Source of the DNA: Bryobacteraceae bacterium
GTDB lineage: Bacteria; Acidobacteriota; Terriglobia; Bryobacterales; Bryobacteraceae
Reading direction: 5' to 3'
NCBI GenBank assembly: GCA_035602155.1
Contig: DATNMW010000096.1
Span: 41,319-105,318, forward strand
Length of the DNA: 64,000 bases
Below are positions 40,851-51,388 of the stretch, piece after piece. Each line of letters opens with the position of its first letter. Positions within the stretch are counted from its first letter, which is position 1. The notes beneath the pieces were generated by a model. It was not told the DNA's origin and made no database searches. It worked only from the letters and a program-made list of their open reading frames with translations. A program made the position numbers and the translations under genes.

Positions 40851-40965
40851 TGTCTGCGATGCCGGCGTGTTCCCGAACTGCACGGATAAGACTACTACGA
40901 TTTCGATCCTCGCGTTCACGCGGCGTACGGCGAAGTATCCGGTGGAGAGTTTGAAGAAGGGTCAG
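40851..40965 (+). pseudogene. Diverged duplicate of the 3-prime end of the GMC oxidoreductase gene
   Basis: Encodes VCDAGVFPNCTDKTTTISILAFTRRTAKYPVESLKKG versus VCDASVFPNCTDKTTTISILAFTLRTAEYLVENLKKG in the intact gene. The former stop TAG is CAG here. Confidence 0.85.
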
Positions 40966-40993
40966 GGAGCGGGATGCCCGCCGGTGCTATCCT

Positions 40994-41557
40994 GTGTCTC
41001 TGACATCCCCAGTACCGAAGCGCGCCCGCGGCCGGCGATCGAACTCGTCACGAAGTCCGGCGAGGCGCTTGGCACTGCTTTTCCTCTCGGCTACGGCAAT
41101 CGGCGTGGCCGTGGTCGTGCTGCAGGCCCAATACACCGTGACGCTGCAATCGCCGTTCCGCATTCGATTCCAATGGCCTGTGGTCATTGCCCCGCGCATA
41201 TCGGCGGAGGAGGCAGGCGCGGCCCAGGCGGATCAATTGGGCCGGAGGTTGACGGCGTACCAGCAATACGCCTGCAACAAATTCGGACCGGCATGCCGCG
41301 TCGCGTTAGCGGTGCAACGCGCCGAAAACCCGCGCGGCGCCTGCGAGATCTATCATTACAACTCCGACGGGACCCTGGATTGGGGCTATTTCCAGATCAA
41401 CACGGTGCACTTGAAGCGGGCCGGAGTGAACCTGCGGGACCTGCTGGACTGCAAAGCGAACATCGACTTCGCGTACAAGCTGTACATGGAGAGGGGCTTT
41501 GTACCGTGGACCACGTTCAATAGCGGCGCTTACCGGCAATTCCTGCGAGGATTCTGA
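40994..41557 (+). CDS. Lysozyme-like / lytic transglycosylase-like protein with N-terminal membrane anchor
   Basis: 187-aa ORF. TM segment LALLFLSATAIGVAVVVL. The motif DGTLDWGYFQINTVHL is the glycosidase-like catalytic region. Its first ~35 codons are duplicated and truncated at 37037..37132. Confidence 0.65.
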   Translation: MSLTSPVPKRARGRRSNSSRSPARRLALLFLSATAIGVAVVVLQAQYTVTLQSPFRIRFQWPVVIAPRISAEEAGAAQADQLGRRLTAYQQYACNKFGPACRVALAVQRAENPRGACEIYHYNSDGTLDWGYFQINTVHLKRAGVNLRDLLDCKANIDFAYKLYMERGFVPWTTFNSGAYRQFLRGF

Positions 41558-41687
41558 GCACTTGACTGCCGGTGAGGTTTTTCGTCAATCTTGCATGCGT
41601 CGTCTCGAATTTTCAACCCGGCGCCGTGGGGGCTGAAGCTCCGCACCTCAAGGCGTGCAAAGCTCAGCCGAATGAGGACCCTCCGGT

Positions 41688-42476
41688 TTACGCTGGGAAG
41701 AGATTCGTCATCCACGCAGTCCAGGCGGACTGGTCGCGCGCCACCACGGCCGCTGCCGTGTCGCCGTAGAAATAGAAGCTCACTGTGACGAATGCTTTCT
41801 CGCCGGCGGGGCACGCGGTGGCAAACACCGCACCCGGAGCGGGCAGATCGACGCGTAACAGCGTGTGTGGATTCCCGGCAGTATTGACTGACTCCACGAT
41901 GCCGCTCAATGGAGGGGCGCCGTCGCCCGCATCGCGCCGCTCACCCGGCGCCGCCCCCGCGAGATTCAGGGCGCCCGCGAGCTTCTCCCATGCGCCCGAG
42001 GCCGCCGGCATCGCCAGGAGTTGGATTTGCGAACTCGGCTGGCCGGCGAAGTGCTCCAGATACAGCCGCAGAATGCGGAAGAATGAGGGCCAGCCGGATT
42101 CGACACCGGTCAGTTGATCGTCCCAATCGTCGGTTTCGGCGAAGAGGCTGTGCACCACGCGCACTATGCATGTGCCACCGCCGCGGGCCTCCACAATCCA
42201 TTCGGTGGCCACGGTGGGCGCGTTCGGCCCCCAGGACCCTTCCTTCACGAAGCGATGCGGCGCGTCCCATTCGGTGATCGTGGCCTCGGAGTCCATGCCC
42301 CCTCCGAAGTGGGTGGTTTCGGCGCCGCCGATACGGCCATCGATCTCGGTGGGCACAAACCATGCGCTCACGCCCGGACCGGTCGCGATTGCTTGCCACA
42401 CCTGTTCCGGGGTGCCCGGTACTTCCACTTCCACCTGCACCGAACGGCGTCCGTTCGCATCTTTTTTTACGCTCAT
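41688..42476 (-). CDS. SRPBCC (AHSA1/START-like) family protein, two-domain
   Basis: 262-aa ORF. EVPGTPEQVWQAIATGPGVSAWF is typical of Aha1/SRPBCC. It overlaps the upstream ArsR gene by 4 nt. Confidence 0.75.
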   Translation of the reverse strand: MSVKKDANGRRSVQVEVEVPGTPEQVWQAIATGPGVSAWFVPTEIDGRIGGAETTHFGGGMDSEATITEWDAPHRFVKEGSWGPNAPTVATEWIVEARGGGTCIVRVVHSLFAETDDWDDQLTGVESGWPSFFRILRLYLEHFAGQPSSQIQLLAMPAASGAWEKLAGALNLAGAAPGERRDAGDGAPPLSGIVESVNTAGNPHTLLRVDLPAPGAVFATACPAGEKAFVTVSFYFYGDTAAAVVARDQSAWTAWMTNLFPA

Positions 42477-43072
42477 ACTGCGGTCTCCTTGTTTTTTTGG
42501 GGTAACGGGTGCGCCACCAGAACGAGGCGGTGCGTGCGTCCGCCCAGGGCGGAAGCGTCATGATAACGGGCCGCGATCTGAGTGATCGCGGCGGTGAGTT
42601 CGCTGCTGAATTGCGCGCGCTCGGCGGCCGAGCGGAAGCGGATCTCGGTGTCGATCGAGAGCGTGGCGAGGCGCTTGCCGGTTTCGCGCGCGCGGGTGGC
42701 GAGTTCGCTGACTTCACGGACCACACGGGCCGCCAGCGCGATCAGATAGCCCGCCGACAGGCGGTCGCGGCTGCGCCCAGGGTCGGAAGCCGCGGGGCCC
42801 ATGGCGGCGGGCGACACTACGTAAGACGACGCGGTGGCTTCCATCAGGCGCTCTGTGATGCCGCCCCACTTGCGTTCGCTGGTAGGGCGCACGAGGTGGT
42901 AGCTCTCCAGGGCGCGCAGGTGGTAGTTCACTTTTTGGCGTGGAAGGGAGAGGCGCGCGGCAAGGGCGGCCGCCGACGCGGGCTCCGACAGTTCGGCCAG
43001 CAGCCGCGCGCGGACCGGGTCGAGCGCGGCGGCGGCGGCCTGCGGAGACTGTATCACCTCGACATCCAGCAC
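42473..43072 (-). CDS. ArsR-family winged-helix transcriptional regulator with C-terminal extension
   Basis: LDPVRARLLAELSEPASAAALAARLSLPRQKVNYHLRALESYHLV. The proposed GTG start at 43072 (VLDVEVIQ) is used rather than the track start at 43180. Confidence 0.75.
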   Translation of the reverse strand: MLDVEVIQSPQAAAAALDPVRARLLAELSEPASAAALAARLSLPRQKVNYHLRALESYHLVRPTSERKWGGITERLMEATASSYVVSPAAMGPAASDPGRSRDRLSAGYLIALAARVVREVSELATRARETGKRLATLSIDTEIRFRSAAERAQFSSELTAAITQIAARYHDASALGGRTHRLVLVAHPLPQKNKETAV

Positions 43073-43087
43073 AAGAATATTAGAACA

Positions 43088-43107
43088 TTGACAAATTAAT
43101 TTGTCAA
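43088..43107. promoter_or_regulatory. Perfect 20-bp palindrome, candidate ArsR operator
   Basis: ttgacaaatt/aatttgtcaa lies 16 nt upstream of the proposed GTG start of the ArsR gene. Confidence 0.45.
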
Positions 43108-43249
43108 TAGAAAACCGCGACGGCGTGAGGTCCGGCTGCGGCGCTCGAAAAGAGCCCGGCCCGGATCGATTCCGACCCATGCTGCGAGTGCTCCGCGAAG
43201 AGCGGTTTCGGCTGAAGTTCCATCGCGCAACTAGAGAAGTTCCCGATAT

Positions 43250-43585
43250 ACTCGCTGACTGTCGCCAAGAGCGGCCTCAAACTCCAACCGTCGAGCGAAT
43301 GGAGTTGCACTCCCAGGGATCTATCGCAGCCGTCATTGCCGCCAGGCGAAAAGCCTTTATGTGGCCAACCCAGGGAAAGCAAGACTTCGCGCCTCATCAA
43401 GACCGGCCTGCCCGGGGGGCATGGCGCAGTTTGCCCAAGCCCCCGGCCTGTCTGGCCGCATGGTGATTGACCAGACGGGAATCACGGAAAAGTTTGACTT
43501 CCAAGTGGAGTACGCCCCCGGCGGAGCCGACGTCTCGGACGTCTCGGATGAACTTACCGCACCATCGAAACCGTCCCAAAACTGA
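43250..43585 (+). pseudogene. C-terminal remnant of a TIGR03435-like (soil-associated) family protein
   Basis: ...LIKTGLPGGMAQFAQAPGLSGRMVIDQTGITEKFDFQVEYAPGG... matches my recollection of the family's C-terminus. Upstream parts lie in other frames (YTLTVAKSGLKLQPS) and there is no start. Confidence 0.5.
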
Positions 43586-44023
43586 TACAAGCTAGCTGTT
43601 CCCCGAAATCCGGCCAGATTGCCTCGGTCAGTTTTGGAAAGCAGACGCGTCACTTTTCCCAGGCGCCGAAGCGTAAGAGCCAGCGAACCCCATTTCTCCC
43701 GGAAAATGGGTCAGCCGGAATCCGGCGAACCGATGTACGGCCGATGCGCAACCGGCGAGCGATCTGGTAGTGGGACGCGGTGCGTTTCTGGTCCAAATGT
43801 ATGATTATTCAGTCTTTAGGATCGAGCGTTTGCGGGGGAGGAAAACGGTTTCGCGGGGATGTCATGGAAAATCGGATCGCGTGGGAGTAGCCAGGTTATG
43901 GGCGTGCGTTGCTGAAACAACATGCTTGTACACTTCAATGAGGTGGCACATATCACATATGACCTGTTGACGGAGCATGGGAGGATTTCTACCACAGCCT
44001 GCTAAACTAGTCCATTAGAGGAT

Positions 44024-44803
44024 ATGCGGCGGGCTTTCATCGCGCTGTTTGTTTTGACCCTCGCGGCCTTCGCCGCCAACATCAAGCTTTACCTGAAAGA
44101 TGGCGGTTTTCACGTGGTGCGCGAATACCAGGTGCAGACCGATCGCGTCCGCTACTATAGCGTGGAGCGCAGCCAGTGGGAAGAGATGCCGCTCGACTTG
44201 GTGGACCTGAAGCGCACTGAATCCGAACTCGCGGAGCGCCAGTCCCAACTCGCAGAGGAAACCAAGGTGGTTGCCGAGGAGGAGAAGGCTGTGCATGAGG
44301 CCCGCGCCGAGGTCGCCAAAGTTCCCCAGGATCCCGGCGTGTATTTTATCGAAGGCAGCGCCGTGAAGCCCATTAAAGTGGCCGAATCCAAGCTGCACAA
44401 TCACAAGGGGCGCACTGTCCTGCAGGTCCTGTCGCCGATCCCGGCGGTGAGCGGAAAGGCCACCCTAGAGCTGGATGGCCTGCATTCGCAGAATATTTTC
44501 AGCAACCCGGAGCAGGAATTCTACATTCAACTGTCGGCCGAGGAACGCTTCGGAATCGTCAAGCTTACGCCGGAAAAAGGCATCCGCATCGTCGAGAAAA
44601 TGACCGTCGTTCAGGTAACCAAGGAAATCATCGAGGAACCGATCGAGGTGCAGGTCTTCCGCAAGCAGATGACGCAGGACGGCCTCTATAAGCTCTGGCC
44701 GATGAAACCCATGCCACCCGGCGAGTACGCGGTGGTCGAATACACGCCGGGTAAGGCGAATATGCAAGTGTGGGACTTCGCCGTCGAGCAGGCCGGCTCG
44801 TAG
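44024..44803 (+). CDS. Secreted hypothetical protein
   Basis: 259-aa ORF with signal peptide MRRAFIALFVLTLAAFAA and a central coiled-coil-like ESELAERQSQLAEETKVVAEEEKAVHEARAE. No recognised domain. Confidence 0.55.
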   Translation: MRRAFIALFVLTLAAFAANIKLYLKDGGFHVVREYQVQTDRVRYYSVERSQWEEMPLDLVDLKRTESELAERQSQLAEETKVVAEEEKAVHEARAEVAKVPQDPGVYFIEGSAVKPIKVAESKLHNHKGRTVLQVLSPIPAVSGKATLELDGLHSQNIFSNPEQEFYIQLSAEERFGIVKLTPEKGIRIVEKMTVVQVTKEIIEEPIEVQVFRKQMTQDGLYKLWPMKPMPPGEYAVVEYTPGKANMQVWDFAVEQAGS

Positions 44804-44866
44804 TGTGCAGAAGCGGGCCCGCCGGACCCAACACCGTAGGCTACGCTAACAGAAGGAGAAACGCGA

Positions 44867-45886
44867 ATGCAGCTTGGGATGATCGGTCTGGGACGTATGG
44901 GCGCCAACATGGTACGCCGTCTGATGCACGGCGGCCACCAGTGCGTGGTGTGGGATCAGAATCACGCGAACGTCGAGAAACTGGCGGGCGAAGGCGCCAC
45001 CGGAGCCGCCACGCTCGACGACTTCTTGAAGGCGCTGCAGCCGCCGCGCGCGGTCTGGTTGATGGTTCCCGCCGCCGCCGTGGATACCTCGCTCACGGAG
45101 CTTTCCGCCCGCATGGAGAGCGGCGACATCGTCATCGACGGCGGCAATTCTTATTACATCGACGACATTCGCCGCGCCAAGGAACTGCACGCAAAGGGCC
45201 TGCATCATGTGGATGTGGGCACCAGCGGCGGCGTCTGGGGACTGGAGCGCGGCTTCTGCCAGATGATCGGCGGGCAGCCCGAGATCGTGCAGCATCTCGA
45301 TCCGATCTTCAAGACCCTGGCGCCCGGCCGCGGCAATGCGGATCGCACGCCGGGCCGGGAGAAGGCCGGCGGCACGGCCGAAGAAGGCTATCTGTATTGC
45401 GGCCCCTCCGGCGCGGGCCACTTCGTCAAGATGGTGCACAACGGAATCGAATACGGCATGATGGCCGCTTATGCCGAGGGATTGAACATTCTGAAGCACG
45501 CCAATGCGGGGAAGCGGAGCCGCCTCGCGGATGCCGAAACCGCTCCGATGCGCAATCCCGAAAACTATCAATTCGACCTGAACCTGGCGGACATTGCCGA
45601 AGTGTGGCGGCGCGGCAGCGTGGTGGCCTCGTGGCTGCTCGACCTGACCGCCATCGCCCTGTTTGAGCAGTCGGATCTGGCTGGTTTCTCCGGCCATGTT
45701 TCCGATTCCGGGGAAGGCCGCTGGACCATTACCGCAGCCATCGACGAGTCGACCCCCGCGCCGGTCTTGAGCGCTGCGCTTTATCAGCGCTTCAGCTCTC
45801 GCGGCGAGGAGGATTTCGCCGATAAGCTGCTATCGGCAATGCGCTACCAGTTCGGCGGACATGTGGAGCGCAAGGCCGGCAGTTGA
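44867..45886 (+). CDS. gnd: 6-phosphogluconate dehydrogenase (decarboxylating), short YqeC-type
   Basis: [19 protein letters not shown] (NADP Rossmann), [31 protein letters not shown]. Confidence 0.9.
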   Translation: MQLGMIGLGRMGANMVRRLMHGGHQCVVWDQNHANVEKLAGEGATGAATLDDFLKALQPPRAVWLMVPAAAVDTSLTELSARMESGDIVIDGGNSYYIDDIRRAKELHAKGLHHVDVGTSGGVWGLERGFCQMIGGQPEIVQHLDPIFKTLAPGRGNADRTPGREKAGGTAEEGYLYCGPSGAGHFVKMVHNGIEYGMMAAYAEGLNILKHANAGKRSRLADAETAPMRNPENYQFDLNLADIAEVWRRGSVVASWLLDLTAIALFEQSDLAGFSGHVSDSGEGRWTITAAIDESTPAPVLSAALYQRFSSRGEEDFADKLLSAMRYQFGGHVERKAGS

Positions 45887-45915
45887 TCCTGGCCCCCATT
45901 TCTCCCTTGGGCCGC

Positions 45916-48351
45916 TTAGGATACCCGCAGCATCTGCGACGGATTAAGCTTCAGCACGCGCAGCGCAGGTATTACGCTGGCAACAGTAGCAACAAGCGCC
46001 AGAACGAAGGCAGCGGCAACAAATGTGCCGGCATCCGTCGTGGCGATGCCGAACACCAGGTGTTGCAACGCCTTCACCGACAGGCTCGCCAACAATCCAC
46101 CGATGGCAATGCCGATCCCCGAGAGACCAATGCCGGGAAGCGCGGCCTGGCGCATGATTTGCGCGATCGTCGCTCCCATTGCCAACCGGATGCCGAGCTC
46201 TCGTTGCCGCTCGGCCACGGAGTGTGCGATCAGGCCGTAGAGCCCGATGCTGGCCAGAACCAGCGCAAGCCCGGCAAGCGTCGATAGCAGGACCGCCTGG
46301 AACCGTTGCCGCCCCAGGGCGAGGGCGCGCACCTCATCCATGCTGCGGAAGCTGGCAATCGGCAATTGAGGATCGGCCTGCGCCACCGCCTTTTGGATCT
46401 GCGCGATGAGCCCGGCGCGGGATCCGGTAGCGCGCACAACCCAACTCGGAGAGAACCAGGTATGGACCATTTGCACGAAGCGGTCGTTGACCTGCATGGG
46501 AGAGACGAAAGCGGCCGGCTCCTCGGCAATCGGGCCGTTTCCGCCCCAACCGGCCTGCTGCGGAACGTCGCCGATCACGCCTACTATCTGGCGGGCGCTG
46601 CCGCCCACCGAAATGTAGCTGCCGAGCGCTTCGCGGTCTTGAAAATACTTCTTCGCAAACGCATCGTTGACCACCACAACCCGCTCCGTATTGGGGCCAT
46701 CGCTGTCCCGCAAAAGGCGCCCTCGGCGCAGCGGAATGCGGAGCGCCTGGAAATACCCGGGCGTGGCATAGGCGAGACTGGTCAGCATATGCTCCTTGCC
46801 GGCGTCTGGGCCGCTCATGAGCAGGAAATTGACGTTGAGGGGCCGCTCGTAGGGCAAGCCCAGCACCACGGCAGCCGCCTCCACGCTGCGCGATGCGCGT
46901 ATCTGGGAGAGGGTTTGCTCGAACAGCCGGTTCACTTGCTCCACGTGGCGGTAACTGGCATCCTGCAACGAGAACTGCGCGGTAATCACGTGGGTCGAAT
47001 CGAATCCGGGACGCAGGGAACTTTGTGCCACGAACGTCCGGAGCAATAGTCCAGCGCCGATCAGGAGCACGAAGCTGAGCGCCACTTCCAGAACCACGAG
47101 CGATTGCCGGAACCAGCGGTGCGAGGCGCCCACCACCCCGCGGCCGCCGGCCACGATCAGCGCGCGAAGATCCGTCCGGGTGGTTTGGATGGCGGGCGCC
47201 AAGCCGAACAGCAGACTGGTGAAGAGGGCCAAGCCCAACATGGCCAAGAGCACGCGGGCGTCCAGCGCGATTGCCTGCCGCAGATGCAGCGTCTCCTCGG
47301 CCCATTTCTTGGCCGCTTCGATCACCGCGTACCCCAGGGTGAGACCGGCCAGGCCGCCGCCTAGAGCCAGCAGAAAACTTTCGGCCATGAGCTGCCGGAT
47401 CACGGCAAAGCGCCCACTGCCGAGGGCCATGCGCACTGCAATATCGTGGGTGCGCCCGGCGGAGCGTACGATCATGAGAGTGGCAATATTAACGCATCCG
47501 ATCAACAAAACGGCGGCGACGGCGCCCCAAAGAACCAGCAGCGGCTGGCGCAGGTCGTTCGTCAGTCCCCGTTGCAAGGAGGCCAGCGTGAGGGCGGAAG
47601 AATAGTCGGCGGACTGGCTCGGCTGGAGCGCAATCGCTCCGGCCGCGGCCACTTGGGCGTTCGCTTGCGCCAGCGTATAGCCCGGCCGCAACCGGCCGAC
47701 GATCGCGTAGTTCTCTCCTTCGCCCTCGCCGGTACGCGCCGGCCGCAAAGGCGTCCATAGATCGGCCTGAACATCGGCCTGAAAAGCGGCAGGCATGACT
47801 CCGACGACTCCGTAGGTCTCCCCGCGCAACTGAATGGAGCGGCCTACCACCGACGGATCGCCATTGAACAAACGCTGCCAGAGGCGATAACTGAGGACCG
47901 CCACAGCGGGGCCTCCCGTGGTGTCTTCAGACGCCAGGAACTCCCGTCCGCGGAGCGGTGGCACGCCCAACACGCGAAAGAAACCGGATGAGACGCGCTG
48001 TTGGAGCACATAGCGCGCCTGGTTGCCGGTGCTAAGATTCACGCCGCTGGCGCTGTCCGAAAATGCGGCCGTGTCCAAAGCCGTCGCTTGATCGTGGACC
48101 AGGAACCACGTCGGGCCCGACTGCGCGTGCTGGTCACCCTCCGCGCCCTTGGCACGGTAATGGGTCACGATCTCCAACAGGCGTTCCGGCGCGGGGTAGG
48201 GCAGAGAGCGCAGCAGAACAGCATCCACGACGCTAAACAGGGCGGTATTGGCCGCGATGCAAAGTGCCAGCGTGAGTACGGCCGCCGCAGTGAAGAAAGG
48301 CGTTTTCCGCAGACTGCGCGCGCCAAGTTGTAAATCCCGCCACACCGGCAT
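45916..48351 (-). CDS. ADOP-family duplicated FtsX/MacB-type ABC transporter permease
   Basis: 811-aa ORF with the TM1 / MacB_PCD / FtsX block present twice. The N-terminus [39 protein letters not shown] is typical of the family. Confidence 0.9.
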   Translation of the reverse strand: MPVWRDLQLGARSLRKTPFFTAAAVLTLALCIAANTALFSVVDAVLLRSLPYPAPERLLEIVTHYRAKGAEGDQHAQSGPTWFLVHDQATALDTAAFSDSASGVNLSTGNQARYVLQQRVSSGFFRVLGVPPLRGREFLASEDTTGGPAVAVLSYRLWQRLFNGDPSVVGRSIQLRGETYGVVGVMPAAFQADVQADLWTPLRPARTGEGEGENYAIVGRLRPGYTLAQANAQVAAAGAIALQPSQSADYSSALTLASLQRGLTNDLRQPLLVLWGAVAAVLLIGCVNIATLMIVRSAGRTHDIAVRMALGSGRFAVIRQLMAESFLLALGGGLAGLTLGYAVIEAAKKWAEETLHLRQAIALDARVLLAMLGLALFTSLLFGLAPAIQTTRTDLRALIVAGGRGVVGASHRWFRQSLVVLEVALSFVLLIGAGLLLRTFVAQSSLRPGFDSTHVITAQFSLQDASYRHVEQVNRLFEQTLSQIRASRSVEAAAVVLGLPYERPLNVNFLLMSGPDAGKEHMLTSLAYATPGYFQALRIPLRRGRLLRDSDGPNTERVVVVNDAFAKKYFQDREALGSYISVGGSARQIVGVIGDVPQQAGWGGNGPIAEEPAAFVSPMQVNDRFVQMVHTWFSPSWVVRATGSRAGLIAQIQKAVAQADPQLPIASFRSMDEVRALALGRQRFQAVLLSTLAGLALVLASIGLYGLIAHSVAERQRELGIRLAMGATIAQIMRQAALPGIGLSGIGIAIGGLLASLSVKALQHLVFGIATTDAGTFVAAAFVLALVATVASVIPALRVLKLNPSQMLRVS

Positions 48352-48458
48352 ATCGCTTTCTCCTGTTCGCGCGTGCAGGCCGGCTGGCTTACGGGCAATA
48401 ACTTCCCGGCCCGCGCGTCGCCGGCTAACTAAGTACCGAATTCCGAAAGTTCGCCGAC

Positions 48459-51200
48459 TTATCCGGCCGAGCGGGCCAGTGTCCCTAGCTCCCCTGCTCT
48501 TATGGTACGCCTATCCGGCGCGCCGCGGCGGTCCCGCGGTATTCCATCCAAGGCGGCATCCAGCAGGAACGGAGCGGATGTGCCTGCAACGAGTCGATGC
48601 AGAAAGAGGGCGATCCCCGACGCTCCCGTGCCGAAGTCGCAACTGATGCGGACCAGTTCATGCCCGGGGAATGCGATACCCGTTGGGCGTTGTATCCCAA
48701 ACAATGCGATTCCGGACGCCACCTTTTCGGCTTTTTCCCGATAGGCCGCGCCATTCGCCTTGTCGAAGGACTCCATGTCCAGCAGGAAGTCGCCGAGTCC
48801 GGCCAAGCCGAAGAAGCGTCCAGGATAGATGGTATACTTTCGATCGCAATCCACCGCGATACGCCGCAGCACGGACGCATATTCATCGTCGGCCAGCACC
48901 TTCTGATAGCGGAGGAGCGCCGTTCCGACGCCCGCGCCACCCCAGCGCCAGTAGGGCACGCGCGTGCGGGACGCCTGCGAGATCTTCCAGGTGAGGCCGC
49001 CATCGGCTGTTTCTACTCCATTGCCGATGTCGAAGTCCATGCCTCCCTTGCCCACCTCCAGATAACGCTCCTGGCCGGTGAGCCCGTATAGATACAGGAG
49101 GAAGAGGGCGACGCCGCTGGCTCCATGGGCCAGTCCGTAGGCGGTATCGTCGTCCCACGGCCAGGAAAATCCCACGTCTTCCTCGTGCTTGGAGCGAATC
49201 AGGTAGTCGCCAGCCTCGGCGGCCTTCGCCAGGTGGAACTCGTCCTGCGTGTGAACGAACGCCTTCAATTGCGCCAACCCCCAACCAGCGGCGCCATTAT
49301 ACAGATCCGGCGAATCGAAGCGCAGCGGGTGATCGGCGCCGGCGCGCAGCAGTTCAAGCCCGCGTTCCTCGCGGCCGATCTCGAGCAGGGTCCAGCCAAT
49401 TCCCGATGTGCCGGCATACAGGCCGGGAGGGAAGGCTTCAGCGGTTATCTGCTTGCCGCAAATCCAATCCATAATCGCGGGCGAAACCGTACCCGTGATC
49501 TGTTTCATGCAATATGCCACGCCGCACGCCCCGTGCGCGAGGCTCAGCGGATTAGTGGCGTAGAGGGCCGGATCCGCGGGAAACAGGCGGTCTACGCGGT
49601 CGTAGCTCGCCGTCCCGGCCACATATTCCATGGCGCTTTCAGCCATTTTTCGCAACTCCCCGTAGACCGGAGCCTGGTGCGCCGGCGGCGCGGAGGCATG
49701 GCTGTCGCTTTCCAGAATCTCGATAACGCGCGCCGGGGTGATCCGGTCCGCCCGCTGTACGGCCATCAATCCTTGAATGCACCGAGGGATGCTCGCGGGC
49801 AAACCAAGATCGCGGCTCAGGGCTTCCAGAAAGCGTCCGCACGCCCCGGTATCCAGCGCCATCATCCCGTTGATCGGCATCAGCGCGGCGAGCATGAGCG
49901 CGCCGAGTCCGAAGTAGTCGTCCTCGCGCTCGGAATACGAGCTGGCCAAATCCGCCGAGGCGAAGCCGGGGGTGAACAGGGGAGTAGGGGGGTCGATGCC
50001 GATCTCATGAGCGGCTTCAAAATCGATGAACTTGACGTCCTCTCCGTCATTGATGACGATCAAGTTGTAATGGGAAATGTCGGTGAAGACGATACCGCGG
50101 CTGTGCAGAATTTCGAGGTTGCGTGCGATGCGCGAGAACACCCGGCAAAACCTATCCACGAATTCCTGGGCATCGGCGGCGGTCGGGGCGGTGCGCAATG
50201 CGAGGGAGTGCGCGCTGTTGTAGAATCGAAGCAACGCGCCGTCGATAAACTCTTCCACCAGATAGCAATGCTCCCAATCGCTGAAGAAATCGAGCGGCTG
50301 AGCGGCGATTCCGGTATCCGCCAAGCGCGTCAGAAGGCGGTGCTCCTTCTTGAGCAAGTCCACACCGTCGGCGCCGTTCGGATAGACATTCGAGAGCGGC
50401 CGCGCCTCTTTGATCACCACTTCCCGTCCAGTCTGGGTATCGGTGGCCAGATAGACGCCGCCACTGCTCGAGAACGCCAAGGCGGAGTTGACCACATAGC
50501 GTCCGTTTTTCAACGTGTTCTCGCCACTCTTTAACGTGTCTTCGCCGGCGCTATCGCCCGCGGCGCCGCCCACAGGATCCGGAGCCCACTCATGAGAGAC
50601 ACTGTAGGGCATACGCCGGTCCCGGATGGCCGTCCCGTCGGGCGCCTGGATGGTAAGTACGCGCTCGCCCCGCGAGTTCAGTGCATCGGTCCGCATGATC
50701 CCGCCGTACCGATAGTACAGGACCCGGCTGTCCTTGTAGCGCTTGTCCGAGAGAATGTACGGTCCGCGAAAGCCTACTAGAACGTTGTGCAACTCCTCAA
50801 TCAGCGAGAGAAAGGCCGGCGTGTCGGCGGGATAGATGGTGATAAACTTTCCGGCTCCGCTGCGCGGCCAACGCTTGGAGTTCTGCAGATAGACGATGGT
50901 CTTATCCAACGCGAACTTGAACGCCGTCTTGCGAGCCGTGAGGACCGGAATCACCGTGGCGAGTATGGCGGCGGCATTGGTAACCGTTGCGGAGATATGA
51001 ATCTTCCAACCCTGCCGCGGCGGGGCAATCGACGGCTCGGAGCAGTGAGACCAGATGCCGTTGCGCTCCATGCTCCAGCCTTCCGGCAAAAAACGCCGCG
51101 CGACTTCAAGCAGGCCGCCCGCATCGGGTTCGTAGCAGTCCATGGGTTCGTAGAAATCCCTGGAGCCGAATAAGTACTGAAAGACCTGAATATTAGACAT
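48459..51200 (-). CDS. lanKC: Class III lanthionine synthetase (LanKC: phospho-Ser/Thr lyase - kinase - zinc-less LanC-like cyclase)
   Basis: 913-aa ORF. Lyase-domain motifs WKIHISAT and GKFITIYP. Kinase motifs GGVYLATD...[25 protein letters not shown] and KFIDFEAA. The C-terminal LanC-like repeats are [38 protein letters not shown] and GLAGLGDF, without the WCxG / CHG zinc ligands. Confidence 0.9.
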   Translation of the reverse strand: MSNIQVFQYLFGSRDFYEPMDCYEPDAGGLLEVARRFLPEGWSMERNGIWSHCSEPSIAPPRQGWKIHISATVTNAAAILATVIPVLTARKTAFKFALDKTIVYLQNSKRWPRSGAGKFITIYPADTPAFLSLIEELHNVLVGFRGPYILSDKRYKDSRVLYYRYGGIMRTDALNSRGERVLTIQAPDGTAIRDRRMPYSVSHEWAPDPVGGAAGDSAGEDTLKSGENTLKNGRYVVNSALAFSSSGGVYLATDTQTGREVVIKEARPLSNVYPNGADGVDLLKKEHRLLTRLADTGIAAQPLDFFSDWEHCYLVEEFIDGALLRFYNSAHSLALRTAPTAADAQEFVDRFCRVFSRIARNLEILHSRGIVFTDISHYNLIVINDGEDVKFIDFEAAHEIGIDPPTPLFTPGFASADLASSYSEREDDYFGLGALMLAALMPINGMMALDTGACGRFLEALSRDLGLPASIPRCIQGLMAVQRADRITPARVIEILESDSHASAPPAHQAPVYGELRKMAESAMEYVAGTASYDRVDRLFPADPALYATNPLSLAHGACGVAYCMKQITGTVSPAIMDWICGKQITAEAFPPGLYAGTSGIGWTLLEIGREERGLELLRAGADHPLRFDSPDLYNGAAGWGLAQLKAFVHTQDEFHLAKAAEAGDYLIRSKHEEDVGFSWPWDDDTAYGLAHGASGVALFLLYLYGLTGQERYLEVGKGGMDFDIGNGVETADGGLTWKISQASRTRVPYWRWGGAGVGTALLRYQKVLADDEYASVLRRIAVDCDRKYTIYPGRFFGLAGLGDFLLDMESFDKANGAAYREKAEKVASGIALFGIQRPTGIAFPGHELVRISCDFGTGASGIALFLHRLVAGTSAPFLLDAALDGIPRDRRGAPDRRTIRAGELGTLARSAG

Positions 51201-51321
51201 TTTGAAATAATTCCGTTTTACCGTGCATCCTCACTGGTTTCCATGGGAGAGCGAACCCCAGAATCGCGCCTTTGCCTTTGTGGAAAGGCCCGCGCCCTTC
51301 ACTCGCATCCGCTGGAGCAGA

Positions 51322-51365
51322 CCCGGCGGCGGGAGCTCGCTGGTTTGCTCCCGTCTGCCTCCGGG
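51322..51365 (-). terminator. Conserved GC-rich hairpin 24 nt downstream of lanA1 (candidate attenuator or processing structure)
   Basis: Minus-strand cccgg-aggcagac-GGGAGC-aaaccagcga-GCTCCC-gccg-ccggg. It is homologous to the structure after lanA2, with a compensatory stem change. Confidence 0.5.
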
Positions 51366-51388
51366 CCGATTCCTCATCGCGGTTGTCG

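Noticed and set aside
43765-43776. ctGGTAGTGGGAcg; considered a further solo end of the GGTAGTGGG... element family.
   Set aside because: Only about 10 nt match. There is no adjacent hairpin module, no partner repeat and no duplication, so it is compatible with chance.
48459-51200. Alternative assignment of the synthetase as class IV (LanL) or as a plain Ser/Thr kinase.
   Set aside because: The LanC-like C-terminal domain is clearly present but lacks the Cys/Cys/His zinc ligands. The adjacent precursors carry S-x2-S-x3-C motifs. Both features point to class III.
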